A stretch of 64,000 bases of DNA from Lingula anatina (lineage: Eukaryota; Animalia; Brachiopoda), in assembly GCA_051362555.1 (NCBI GenBank), contig CM120647.1:15972651-16036650 (forward strand), written 5' to 3'. Below are positions 15,097 to 27,174 of this stretch, one piece after another. How positions within the stretch are numbered: position 1 is the stretch's first letter; each line of letters starts with the position of its first letter. Below the pieces are notes generated by a model that was not told where the DNA came from, did not search any database, and was given only the letters and a program-made list of their open reading frames with translations. Made by a program: the position numbers and the translations under genes.

Positions 15097-18000
15097 AAAT
15101 GAAGGAAACACTAACATCTATCCCCAAGATATTTTGTTTCCAGCTCAGCACTGACCTTGGTTGTTCTTAATGGCAGGGTTAATCCCGTTCTGTAACAGCA
15201 TGACAGCAGCCTCTTTCTGCCTGCGGTAGGAGGCGCAGTGCAGGGCTGTGTTGCCAAACTTGTCGGTACACTCTATGTTTGGAGGGTTGGGTCCTTTGAG
15301 CTGAAACAAAGCAGAGACTGAATTAAATGCATATACTGCTTGTTAGGTAAGTTAATATATTGTCTACGGTATGTTAGGTTAAGAAGCTTAAGATAAAACA
15401 CTTTATGTAAAATATACACCTTTTTTCTGTAACTGTATATAATCTTATAAATGTTGTAATCCAAAATTTTTGTTTCATTTGAGTAAAAAGAATACATATC
15501 ATATGTATAAATTTAAACATTTGACATCAAGAAATCTACTCCTAGACCATCCAGAGGTCAAAAAGAATTATATTGTAACTGTTCTTTTCATACTTAAAAA
15601 CATTAGTAGTTATGAATCCATTACGCTTTTGGTACCCTACTGACAATATTGTCTACTAGTAGTTGTTGTCTATAGACTGGTTCACATCAGAGAGTTATCA
15701 GTGCCTTACAGTATTCTCACTCTGTGACATTACTATAATTGAACCTTGACTTATTCTACTCTACTCACCAAAGTGGCCAGTTTGTCCACATTGCCCTCTC
15801 TGGCTGCTGTCAGGAACTCTTCCTCTGTTCTTCTGATGTCAGTGTTCTCTGCAGCTAAATATAAATTTAACACAGTAGTGTAGGTTATTATCATGCATGT
15901 TGAACTGTAAACTATTGTTTCTAACAGTCCACATACTTTTATAGTCAATTACTTTCAAGGATAATCAGTTACAATGAACATACTACCTAGCAAATATTAT
16001 TTTATTAACAAAAATTAAAATAAAATAAAGCTTTTAAGGAATATTCATATCACCCTTTCAGATTCTACTTTATTTGCCACATGCCAAATCTACAAGTCAA
16101 CAGCTTATGGGGCAACCTACTCAAGGATAAAACATCACTCTAAAACTAAAGTTGTCTTACTCACCTTCAATCATCTCTCTGATGTCTTGTTTATGAGACA
16201 CCTGTCTGGGAGTGTGACCCTCAGCATTGGCGACACTCACACTGGCGTTGTACTGGAGTAGCACATGGACTATGTCCTAGAGAGATATGACGTATATCAG
16301 TGAAGATTTGGAAAGACTGTCGGATCTTCAGTCAGAGTTAAAGTACACGCAACAGGCAGGGGCGGATTCAGGCAGTCTTCTGGGTCTTCCAGAAGACGGT
16401 CAGATTTTCCATTTTACACTGATGGGCATCTATTTTTTTGTCGGAAGACGGTCAAAATTGGAGGATGGATCAAAAAAGATAATTTGGAAGACTGTCAGAA
16501 AATACCTCTGGATCCGCCCCTGACAGGCAATTATCAGGATAAAGTTATTCTAGTTGACAAAGGGTACAAGTGACAGTAAAAAGCAAGTAATTCTAAATAT
16601 TAGCATCCTAGACTGGGAGATGAGCATCTGGACCTCCAATGTTTATCATGACATGTCAGCTCAGTATGGTCTGCTCACTTTAGAATTATGGTAGAAATTC
16701 TCTCTCTCTCTCTCTCTTACTCACCAGTCTCCCAGTGTAAGCTGCCTTGTGAAGGGGCGTGTCACCCTCTTTGTTCATGATATTTACTTCAGCACCATTC
16801 TGTAAAAGAAAACATATATAGCACTGCTATAACATTATAAGAAAATAATTTCATCATGGAATTAGAGGAAGATGTTCTAGATAAACCGTAAATAAAATTA
16901 ATATTTAAATTCTTAGTGTGGCTGTTGAAAAATTACCCTTTTACTTTTAAGTGTTAGTTTATAAAAATATTAGACATGCAGTTAGTATTCACCCATAGTT
17001 TCTTAATTCTCTCCTGGACTACCAATGGCGGTCAACAGAGAATTACTTTTAATATGTATTGTGAAGTTGCATTACCCTCATGAAGACTTCTCTCAAGGCA
17101 TGGATATCAACTAGATAAGTCTACTTACTTTTAATAACAATATCACAGTGGTCACATGTCCAAAGTACGCAGCGAGGTGTAGAGGACTCCAGCTACGGTT
17201 GGACTTGTTTTCACCTGTTGAATATGACAAGATTGTGTTGGGTGTGACATATGATGTTGGCTGTGATATAATTGTGCTAGGTGAGACAGTTAAAAGGTGG
17301 GTGTGATACGATTGTGTTAGGTGTGACAAGACTGTAGATTTTACTGGAATTATGGTAGTTTTATGTCACTGTAAATTCAGATGTGGCTAAATTGTGATGG
17401 ATGAGAAAAACTGTATTAGGATGATTGTAATGGTGGAGGTAGTAACATAACTGGATTAAGTACAATATTGTGTTAGGTGTAACAATACTTGTTAGGTGTG
17501 TCTAGATTGTTTAAGGTGTGACAATATTGTGTTAGGTATAACAATATTGTGTTAGGTGGGACTGGATTGTGTTCAGTGTAATCTAATTCAGTTAGGTGTG
17601 ACCTGAGCCACACTCACCTTTACAGTTCAAGTTTAATGGTAACCCATCTTGCTGACAGCGTTGTATCAGATCACTCAACTTGCTATCCATCCCATGGCGA
17701 GCATAGTGCAACAATTCTTCATCCACTGTTAAGAACTTTTCTTCCTTAGGGCTTTCAAGGTCTACAATAAATTACATATCATTTAAACATAAATTAACAA
17801 ACAGTAAAAAAAACATTAGCTGTGCTGTGGACTCAAATGTACAATCATTGAATGTTAGCTCCTGCAAATAATGATAAAAATATCAGAGGTATTATCATTA
17901 CAGGTAGCCTTATTCCCTGATAAATATGTACTACAAAATATAATTCTGGTTTTAAGCTGTTGTTTGTAGAACTGCTTTTGTAAAAGACATAACTAAACAC

Positions 18001-18710
18001 ATAATAAAAGACAGATCATTTACAAAAGTAAATATCAATGATGTTCATATAGAAACTCCATAATTCAACTGATTAAGTATAGATATATTTAACAGTATAT
18101 ATACTACTATTTTATCAAGATCAGAGGAACGGTACTTGTGCCCCCCCCCTCCCCCAAACACACACGCACACATGGCACATGTAAGTCTTTTTTTTTTTTT
18201 CAATATCTTTCAGTAAATTGTGAGGTGGTTTTGATCAATTAATGTCTTTTTTCTTTCACATAAATTAGTTTGTAATTTACTGACTGATTTAATTTTGTTT
18301 GCTCGCCAAAGAAATGGTTCCAGCTCTCATTATATTATGAATGAATCTGGAGCTTCTTTTAAAGTAGCGATAAACCATTATAAACTTTACTGGGTAATTG
18401 AGAAAAACACTCAGAAAAAGAACATGGTCAGAAGTGCTTAATTAGTACTGTACTGGAACCGGTACATAAGCATGGACCAAAAGAAATCATGCAGCATAAT
18501 ACATTATATTGGAAGAATTTCATTCTAGCCTGACACGTGGGGAAGCTATTAGCTGAAAGAGCTTAAATCACTATCAGAATGTCATAAATCAAATATCAAT
18601 AATATAATAGCTTGAATGTTATATATATCACAAACCCCGCCCACTTTCTTGTCCCATTAATCTAAGTGAAACCTACCAGGAGTTTCCAGATTGTCTTCTT
18701 GTGTCGCCAT
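11010..18710 (-). CDS. OSBPL1A: Oxysterol-binding protein-related protein 1 (ORP1L), 5' part: ankyrin repeats, PH domain, start of coiled coil; 13 exons, gene continues leftward
   Basis: GT-AG, phase-consistent exons: 18677-18710, 17618-17761, 17129-17214, 16725-16799, 16165-16276, 15769-15854, 15156-15300, 14205-14317, 13653-13726, 13262-13325, 12438-12545, 11997-12122, 11010-11166. Translation ELLHYARHG..LNCKGENKSNRSWSPLHLAAYFGH..GDTPLHKAAYTGR..FLTAAREG..GNTALHCASYR..RFEGALLKRSRLRGWKSIWAVLERGVLTYF..HIAYSTHY is collinear with human ORP1L as recalled. FFAT/ORD exons were not found in the window. Confidence 0.93.
11263..11686. repeat. 17-bp minisatellite (GATGTGACAGTGTGTTA)n
   Basis: About 25 tandem units with variant blocks; in an OSBPL1A intron. 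Confidence 0.95.
12246..12412. repeat. Compound trinucleotide microsatellite (TAG)n(TTG)n..(AAC)n
   Basis: Direct inspection. Confidence 0.95.
13120..13212. repeat. (AT)n followed by (GA)n microsatellite
   Basis: Direct inspection. Confidence 0.95.
14786..14946. mobile_element. MITE with CAGGGG..CCCCTG termini, subfamily 1, copy 1
   Basis: CAGGGGTGAAT...GGATCTGCCCCTG; interior (GAAGACGGTCAG..AAAAAGATAA) shared with 16357-16522. Confidence 0.75.
16357..16522. mobile_element. MITE with CAGGGGCGGAT..ATCCGCCCCTG termini, subfamily 1, copy 2
   Basis: TIRs flanked on both sides by ACAGG (5-bp direct repeat). Confidence 0.82.
17225..17602. repeat. Degenerate ~20-bp tandem repeat (TGTGTTAGGTGTGACAATAT-like)
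   Basis: Repeated TGTGTTAGGTGT cores through OSBPL1A intron 2. Confidence 0.7.
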
Positions 18711-19295
18711 AGTGCCAGAGTGTGTCTGCACGTTCTAAAGATTAAACATCAATGGCATTCCATACACGGTCCTTACGGCATAAGCATCGCGCTGTATCAC
18801 TCTCCTGGAAGTTGAACAATAATAATTAAATGCAAGTAGTTCGGCAAGTACAGTTTACTTTAGTGTATGAGTAATTATCGATATTTTCTCACTCGGGTTA
18901 AACGTTTCTCGATATCTCTCCAACGCCAGTTTCATATAGGTTCTGTTCGTCTACAAGATGGGAAGCAGCCCAAAACAACGCTGCAATCTTTCACTTTGTA
19001 TGTGTTTTCAAATAAAATAGATATCATTCTAAAAATACTTCGCCGCTAACTCGACCCACTTTCTCTTTAGCTCAGCTGACAAACACACAGATATGAACGG
19101 TAGGTGGAATATGCAAGATAAGACCATCATTTTACGCCATTTTACGCCATTATACAAAATTCCCCTGAAAAGAGGAACGCAACCAGAATAACATCATTCT
19201 AGTTATTTCAGTGTGTCGAGCTGACCTGGTCTGATTATCCAACAAATTTTTTTTTTCAGGCGACGAGCACTTTGCTCTAAGACTGTCATTTAAAA
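18711..19295. promoter_or_regulatory. Putative bidirectional promoter shared by OSBPL1A (-) and CCDC43 (+), with a probable CCDC43 5'UTR intron at 19100-19259
   Basis: Divergent start codons only ~585 bp apart; locally more CpG; donor G|GTAGGT at 19100 and poly-T-CAG acceptor ending 19259. Confidence 0.65.
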
Positions 19296-21906
19296 ATGGC
19301 CGCGCCCAGTGACAGCGAGTTTCATACTTGGTTGGAAGACAGATTATTGAAAATAAACCCTGACATAGATCTCGGAGTTTTTGTGGACTATATTCAAGGC
19401 GTTTTGGAAACTGAGACAGACAAAGATGAAATGATAGATGGCATTTCTGGCTTACTAGGAGAAGTTGTGGTGAGTTATGGCATATCCTTTCTTTCTCCCC
19501 CCACCCTAGGTATATCAGAAAAATTTTCAAACTGATCAGAAAATTAAAATACTTATATCATCTGAAAGGTAATGCAAAAACCGGATGAAATCATTTGGAA
19601 TTTTTTAAATATTCCTACAAGCAACAAAGATATTGAAGTTTTTTAACTGAAAAAATCCACCAAAAGTGTCCACACTTCTCAGCTCAAAACCTGTGCCCAC
19701 TGACCAGCAGTGATCACTCAGGCGCAGCAGAGCACCCTGTGTGTCTTTGTGTGCTCAGCCTATTGTCTGGCTCACATAGCCTGTGACTAATCAGGGCAGA
19801 GCTATTTCCCTGTGGTAATTTTCACATCATGTAATATTGCGGATTAAATTAACTATACTTCGCAACCTTCAAATTTCATGATTTTTCTACATAATATAGC
19901 AAATTTCATAAACTTTGCTGGATATAAATTTCAAAAAGATGATACCAGCACTTACCTGAAATTTTTTAGCATTTTGTAGAGGCAAAACTTAAAACAAGCA
20001 GAACCGAAACTTGTCAAAGACTGCAACATGGGAAAATCATGTGACCGGATTTTACTCTTTGATTTACAACTTATTTAGTTAATGGCTTGTATTAGTTTTT
20101 TTACGCAGCGCTAAAAGAGAGATTTAAAAAAGGGGTTCCATAGGCGAACTGTCAGCAGGCCGACTTCAGTTTAACACTTCACTGCCCGTGGACAGTTACG
20201 ACTGTAGCGCCCCTAGCGGATTGTGATCTACCTACCCACCCCCAAGTCTTTCTAACGTTAGAACCATGTACCCCCCTCCCCCTCCCCCAAGCCATTTCCA
20301 TTAGTCTGTAAGTAGGTTAAAAAAACTATATGAGTCAAACGTTTTTCGGTATGAAAAAAGGAGCGTATACATGTGTAGTTACTACTACCAAGGACGTATA
20401 TTCAATATACGTCCTTGCTACTACTCATTCACATACGACTTACATATTTTCTTCAGGAAGATGACGTAGAAGGTGTTTGTGAGACAATTATCAGCAAATG
20501 GTTAGAGCATATCCAGCTGAAAGCAACAAAAGCAGAAGAAGGTAGGTGCTGTATGCTGCAAACCATTCATCCAAAGACAGAGAGAGAGAGACAATGGACG
20601 CGTTCCCAATGAAACTACATGATCATTCTTCGTAGATCAATCCAACTTTCTGCAGGGAACCTCGTTGAATGTAATTAGATAAGTAGAGTAACAAGTCTCA
20701 TCCTGACCTTGAGTTGAAAGGCAAGTGATTGTGTACAAGTACATTTGGAACAAGAGGAGGCGTGTTAATCTGATTACATTAATTTAGAGCCCCCTTGGAT
20801 TGCCTGGATTGATCTTCGTAGAACTATAGTGTCATTGGGAATGAGCCCTGAAAATGATAAAGAAACTTATACCTTAGAGTTTTTGTAAGGAGTATTGAAA
20901 TATATTACATTTTAGCATATTGGAAGGATTTTACTATTGCTATTAATATTATGTACAGTTGAAATTCAACAATCAGAGGAAATGAAAGTCTAAAAACGTT
21001 CAAGTTGCTACAATTACTGAAGAGCTTCATGTAAACTAATGAAAGTTGAAGCAACAACATTTGAGATCTCAATGACCTTTATATCACATTAATTTTATAT
21101 TTCCATAACTAATATAATAATATCATTTATAATTAAATTGGGTACACAATCTTAAATATTTCAATATATACCAATTTCATTTCAGAAACCAAGCTTGCTG
21201 ATCAAAAGCTTGCAGATATGCTGGAAAAACAAAAGATCTCCATACCCACTGTGAAACCAAAAACGGAGGAAGAGAAAGCTCGAAAAGCTGCCATTTTACA
21301 GCAATATGCAGAAATTTCTGATGGAGAATATCCTTTTTTGACAATCCATTGGTTCTGTTATTTGGATTGTGTTAATTAAAAACTTTTAAATGTTCTTAAA
21401 ATGTACTTAGATACAAAGAATATTAATTATTTCATGAAAATTAGTAAACTTTGTCATTACTTACTAACTGACATTTTCCATTTTGTTAATATTTTACTGG
21501 GTAAAATTATTTTTTAATTAATTGTACAGACAAAATGTAAACTTTCATCAAGTACTTTATGTCAGTATTCAACAAAGTGTATTGCAGCATATACCCTAAC
21601 CATCAAAGAAGAAATAAAAGGATTCTGGTATCTTAAATCTATTTGTTAGGTGTTTTCAACTAGTTCTGTTTTAAATTATGTATAATTTGTACCCATTTCC
21701 CAGTGGGGAAATACAATAAATAAGCCAAATGCTTCCTTAACATTGCTTCACAGTGACAGACTCCGATGAAGATGGAGGTGACAGTTGTATCCTTTGCTTC
21801 AAAAATAATTACATTCATTTATTAATGATTTTTTTTTATTAATTATTATATAATTTATTAAAAATTATCTCAAACTGTTTCTCACAAGAATTAGGACAGC
21901 ATAGGA

Positions 21907-21972
<66 letters not shown>

Positions 21973-22265
21973 AAAAAGAATTAAAGAAGAAATATTCTCA
22001 CTGTAAATACTCGGTTTGCACAACTTGGTTTTTAAAGTTATCATTTACCACAATGTTCCTTAATAAATGTTTAGTATTGGTGAAAAATGAAAACTTACAA
22101 AAAGTTGGTGCTGAAGAAAAAGAAAAACGAGAAAAGTTAAAACAACAGCATGAGCAAAAGAAAGAGAAAGATAAACTGGACAGAGAAAAACAGAAACAAA
22201 AGCAAGCAGAAAGAAAAGAAGCAGAGAAGAAAAGGACTCAGAAAGTAGAAAAAAGGATGAGATAG
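19296..22265 (+). CDS. CCDC43: Coiled-coil domain-containing protein 43; 5 coding exons
   Basis: Exons 19296-19469, 20457-20541, 21186-21327, 21752-21786, 22075-22265 join in frame: MAAPSDSEFHTWLEDRL..EEEKARKAAILQQYAEISDGEVTDSDEDGGDSLLVKNEN..ERKEAEKKRTQKVEKRMR. Matches recalled human CCDC43 motifs (EEEKQRKAALLAQYA; ERKEKEKKRTQRGERKR). Confidence 0.92.
20600..20850. mobile_element. Degenerate MITE in CCDC43 intron 2
   Basis: Imperfect inverted ends TTCCCAATGAAACTAC..GATCAATCCA / TGGATTGATC..ATAGTGTCATTGGGAA. Confidence 0.55.
21328..21751 (+). other. U12-type (minor spliceosome) AT-AC intron of CCDC43
   Basis: 5' site ATATCCTTT at 21328; branch TTCCTTAAC at 21733-21741; terminal AC at 21750-21751; removal keeps the frame (GA|A = Glu). 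Confidence 0.92.
21787..22074 (+). other. U12-type GT-AG intron of CCDC43
   Basis: 5' site GTATCCTTT at 21787; branch TTCCTTAAT at 22056-22064, 10 nt before the end of the AG at 22074; no polypyrimidine tract; frame kept (T|TA = Leu). Confidence 0.9.
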
Positions 22266-23117
22266 TGACTAAAAAGTGTTCCTTCATCCCCTCTCTTGCC
22301 CCAGTATAAATATATATTGAAAACTTCTTATATATGGTCTCTTATCTGCTCAGCAAGTTTACCTAGGCAACATCATTTTTTTAAAGTAGTAAAACAATCT
22401 GTTCAAGTTGCTGTCAATCTAAATAGATTCAACTTGGTCCCCCTGTCTCAGCGGGGGGGGGGGGGGGGGGGGGGGATTAGGATTGCCTCACATAAGAATC
22501 ATAATATAACACCACTTGCCTCACCTCCTTTGAGAGTGGATGGTACAACAGAGGGTTTTGATTGGTTGCCTGTGGTGGGCATATTGTAATAACAATGGAC
22601 CATTCCCAGACCCTATCGTACTAACTGTGGATCTTGGGGGAGATTCTCGCAATCGGCTTAAGTGGCTTCGATGTCTGTCATGCCTACTGAAGCTGCTAGG
22701 GGGTAATTCATTATTGTTTAGCAGCTTCAGTAGGCATGCCTGACATCTAAGCCACTTAAGCTGAAAGCAATTTAACGAGGAACCCCTCTGAGAGGGATCG
22801 ATCTAGGTATGGGAACCCAGTCTAAGACAGATGACTCCAAGGTGTTTCCACCCAACTCTGGAGATATTACTTAAGATCACTTAAGATACCCAAATTGCAA
22901 TAGTTTATGTGGGCAATTTAGAGTCTTTCGTGTACACAGACCACTAGAGTCACGAGTGGTCATATTGTTGAAGTATTAAGGTATAAGCTGTTATTACATT
23001 AAAGACGTGTAGAACAGTAGAAGAGTTGGTACATTACTTTGTTTTTGTCTTTTATTTAAGAAATTAGTGAAATAGAAGAGAAGTTACATATCAGCAATTC
23101 CTGAAGGGAAGTATTAA

Positions 23118-23456
23118 AGGGATGATAACTCTTCGTTTTGGCCAAAAAATTAATTTTTCTGGAGTAAACAACAATTTTCCTATACTAACCAATGGTTAAT
23201 AAATCCATTTTTACATTCAAAGTTAGTCCCTTGTTTTTTTCTTAAAAGTTTGTTTTTTTGTCAAAATCTCTTACTTAAGAGATTATAACAGAGTAAAGCC
23301 ATCAATGGAGGTCACGTGATCTGAAGACAAGCTCAGATATCATAATTATAGCTATAACTGCTGTTTTTGTGGTAAAACAATATATTATATTTCTATGAGT
23401 TGTGTACAATGTTTTTATTGTGAAATATAGATATCATACGAAGAGTTATTATCCCT
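23118..23456. mobile_element. Non-autonomous DNA transposon with TTAA TSD (Kolobok-like), copy 2, opposite orientation
   Basis: TTAA|AGGGATGATAACTCTTC...GAAGAGTTATTATCCCT|TTAA; interior is the reverse complement of 6976-7303. Confidence 0.88.
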
Positions 23457-24506
23457 TTAAGCACTTTCTCTGCTTAACACTAGTTGTTGACTTGTGCGTT
23501 TGTTTGGGTGTCAGGGTGTGTATGTGAGCAGATTCGATTGCAATTCATTCAGCCAGTTAAGTGCCATCCAAAGCATGGAGTAATAAAAAAATTAAAACTG
23601 AAAAAATATTTCTTTTGGTACGAGTTGTCATTCTAGAGCCATCTCCTTTGTGGTTTTCATACTTTGTATAGGTAATAATAAACCATATCACATATACAGC
23701 AGCTCTTTATATTTCAATATATTTAGTTGCTAATAAAAAGACCAATTCCACCATAGGAAATAAAATTCTTGAAGACATTGATAAAAAATGTCAATAATTT
23801 ATTTAATTTAACACAAAAACAATGAATGAAAGAAAGCTGCACATAAAATTTCCTTCTGAAAAATACAGTATCTCAGAAAAAAAAAATACGCTCCACTTTA
23901 TATCCTTGACCCTGAATGCTGTACTACTGGAAAGGTCTGCAAAATGCTTAAGATACAAATGATATTTAACAAAACCAATTTCAGGAAATCTGAATATTTT
24001 TTAAAACACATACAATGGTCACTCCTCTGACCTCCACTTAAAATCCCCATGCAAATTTGGAGCAACAATAACATGCCCAAGGCATACTCGGACAGGACCC
24101 AGTTTGGTAATGGCATCAGTTCTGAAATTCGGTGCAAAATTCTCACAGGAATATGCACAGAATTAGCCTGATGAGTATCTTGAAATATCAAGCAAAAAAA
24201 AAAAAACTTATTGAAGAATTCATAATATAGAAAATTCATCGAAGAATCTACTGAATAATTAAAAATCTCTTTAAAATAATTTAAGAATTTTTATGAAATC
24301 TATTTATTTAGTGGCCCTGGTATTGGGAAGTCGGGGTACAGGACCTAAAACCACATATATGTCAAGATATACACAGAAAAATATTTGTGTATGTCTGGGG
24401 GAGAAAAATCTCCCTGTGACTCCAGCTTGAAGAGGGAAGTCTGTATACAGAGTCCCATAGAACCACATCTAAATTGTCTTTGTGCTTCCAGAACCATTCA
24501 CGTGTG

Positions 24507-27174
24507 TTATAACAACTTAAGTTGTCCTGTCACTTGATCAATGTCTTTAATTTTACCAAATATTCCAAGCACTGTGACCGAGCCAGATGCTATCTGAAAG
24601 AGAAAAGGAAAAAATTTGGTGAATTTGGCATGTTTTATATTCTCTTGTGTTTTGATGATGAGGAAGTCAATAGGTTCTAAAGATAGTAAAATAGTTTTCT
24701 TTTATTATCTATGTACTTTTCATTCACTGTCAATGGGAAATGACAGACTAGGTCACACTTATAACCTACTGATTTTATCAAAAAAAAAAAATAATAATAA
24801 AATGTTTAAAGAAAAAGTCAGAAAATTACCAAACTACTCTCTGAAACATCTTAATTTATAAATTAACAAAACAGATTTCAAATATACATTTTGTTTTAAT
24901 TATTTTTTTCATTATTCATTAATTTACATTTTTTTCTATAAACATTACATTTCTAATGCCCCAAAATTTTTTTTAAAAAAAGAAGCTTTACTAAAGACAC
25001 CACTGAAGAGGTAATTAATGTGTGTGTGTATTTACAATCACTACATTAGTCTCTTGCTATAGTCATTCCTGTACAAAACATTCACCTGTGTTCTCCCAGC
25101 ATCCTGTACTATATAATTTGGAAGACCTAATGCTTCTGCCTTTACCGCCAATGCTATTAACTCCTCTTTATTTGTTCCTTTTAATACTATTTTTGTCTCT
25201 CTGAAAAGGTAAGAAAACAAAGTGAAGACATTTGAGATACTAGCCAATGCTAACTTAGATAGCAAATGATTTTCATTATGCAAGAACAAACATAAAGGCT
25301 TCGTTCACATGCAATGTCTATTTTCTAAATTCTATTTTCTATTCGCGTTATCTTATGATCACGGTCTGTGCCCTGAATATCCCGCGGCGTTATTACTGGT
25401 AGCGCGAGCCAGTTACTATAATAAGACATACCACGAATAGAAAATAGAATTTAGAAAATAGACATTGCATGTGAATGAAGCCTAACTTGCTGTCACAGTG
25501 TCACTACATGAACACAAGCAAGCATACACAAATAACATGCACTCTCTTAAGCTTTCTCACAAATAAATGCACACTAATCCACACAATTTTTCTCCTCCAT
25601 CACCACCTCTCTCCCTCTCTCTTTCTCTCTCAAACACACACAACCACAAACAAATAAAGCATTGTCTAGTTGGTAAGTGCTCAATATATGCCCTGAGATG
25701 ACCATACAAAAACATTACATATTTACAAGACGCCAGAAGTGACCTTTGACCTCTGAGTCTGCTCACCCATACTGCTCCCAATGTAGCAACATTTCCCCAA
25801 ACTTTTGCTGATTGTCCAATATAAGACGATGAATGCCCAGCGCAGCATGTGCAACTTGTGCTGCCACTTTTCCAACACCCATGTTCAGCTCTGAGTTGAC
25901 TACAAAAACCATCTTGTGAAAATCTCCCTCTGCTATGTAGTCTCCTATTTCGTCTTCTGAGCTGTCTGAACTTCCTTCCTGCAGATTCAATGAAAAATGC
26001 ACTATTAGAATATCAGTAATTGAACAGATAATGAAAAACAATCATAAAATTTGATATTAATAATAAATGTGCTCATTGGCTATAATGCCATGACAATTTT
26101 AATCTGCTACGTTATAAATGACTGTAAACTATCAACACTTGCATTTGTACCTTGATCCCATTAAAACATTTTCACTGATATACAATTAACCATAAAATAA
26201 AATAAAAACAATGCAAAAAAATTAATATGATGGCATGTTGAATAATAAACACTGTATGTATGCATAAATGCATGTCTCATAAAGACCACCAATAAAATAA
26301 AAACATTTTTCCCCATTTGTAGCAGTGTTATGATACCTCAAAGTCAAATGGAGCATCCAAGTCCTGATCTTGATTCTCAAATATCCATGCTGCGGCCAAG
26401 TCCGCACTGTAGTTCCCAGTGTGAAACAGTGCCTGGAAATACCACCAGAAGCCACACAATAAGCACAGTCAGAACAAGTTGACCCGCAGACTAACAGATC
26501 CGCAGACTAAATATGGCTGACCGTCTTAACAGCAACAACGCTAATCCCCTAATGGTCTGCTCGCCTCCACATGTGCCATTGCTGTGCCACAGCAATAAAA
26601 CCTGGGAGCCCAGATTTCAACCATTTACTGGCAAGTGTGGAAATGGGGAAACCGGCAGGGAATTAAGCTAATACTGCTTTTAAGTGGGGTTGGCCATATT
26701 TAGTCAGCAGATCAGTTAGTCCAAGGATCATCTGTTAAGAATGCACTCAAGAAGACACATAATATAATGTAATCAAACCATACACATACAAGTACATGGA
26801 ACTATCCAGTATGTTTCAAAGCCAGATTGAAAGGAGGGTGTACATATTGGGTATACCTGCATTCCCTGACCCACCCCAAAGTGGGTGTACCCCCTCCCCA
26901 CCTCCTTTTATCTCCAAAGAAACAGTGTAAGGAGTGAAACAAGATGAAACTAACATGGCAAGTTATTACAAAACATCAATCCACTTATACTTGGCCATGT
27001 CATATGGAGAGAGAGAGAGCAACAGGCACACACACATACATACACACACACACACACATAATTAACCTTGATAGCTGCGTTCCTTGACACCCCCATGTTA
27101 GTGAGCAATTGAATTAGCTCTTCCTTTGGAACCCAGTCACCTTCAGCACCCGCTGTGGCACCATCGTCACTCAT
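24507..27174 (-). CDS. Peptidyl-tRNA hydrolase 2 family protein with N-terminal UBA-like domain (~205 aa, 5 coding exons)
   Basis: Exons 27067-27174, 26337-26432, 25767-25978, 25086-25200, 24507-24593. PTH2 motifs KMVFVVNSELNMGVGKVAAQVAHA, ETKIVLKG, VQDAGRTQIASGSVTVLG, IDQVTGQLKLL*; UBA-like LTNMGVSRNAAIKALFHTGNYSADLAAAWIFEN. A non-coding first exon probably ends at 27999 (donor GTAAAT). Confidence 0.92.
25297..25482. mobile_element. Second, internally deleted copy of the 8674-8930 MITE
   Basis: Same TIRs GGCTTCGTTCACATGCAATGTC / GACATTGCATGTGAATGAAGCC|TAA; lies in a PTH2 intron. Confidence 0.88.
26463..26746. mobile_element. Degenerate MITE with long TIRs in a PTH2 intron
   Basis: GACTAACAGATCCGCAGACTAAATATGGCTGACC is inverted relative to GGTTGGCCATATTTAGTCAGCAGATCAGTTAGTC. 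Confidence 0.65.

Noticed and set aside
16287-16523. 78-aa plus-strand ORF
   Set aside because: Mostly a MITE inside an OSBPL1A intron.
23580-23810. Overlapping 3' ends of convergent CCDC43 and PTH2
   Set aside because: Several AATAAA hexamers on both strands in AT-rich DNA; ends cannot be assigned without transcript data.
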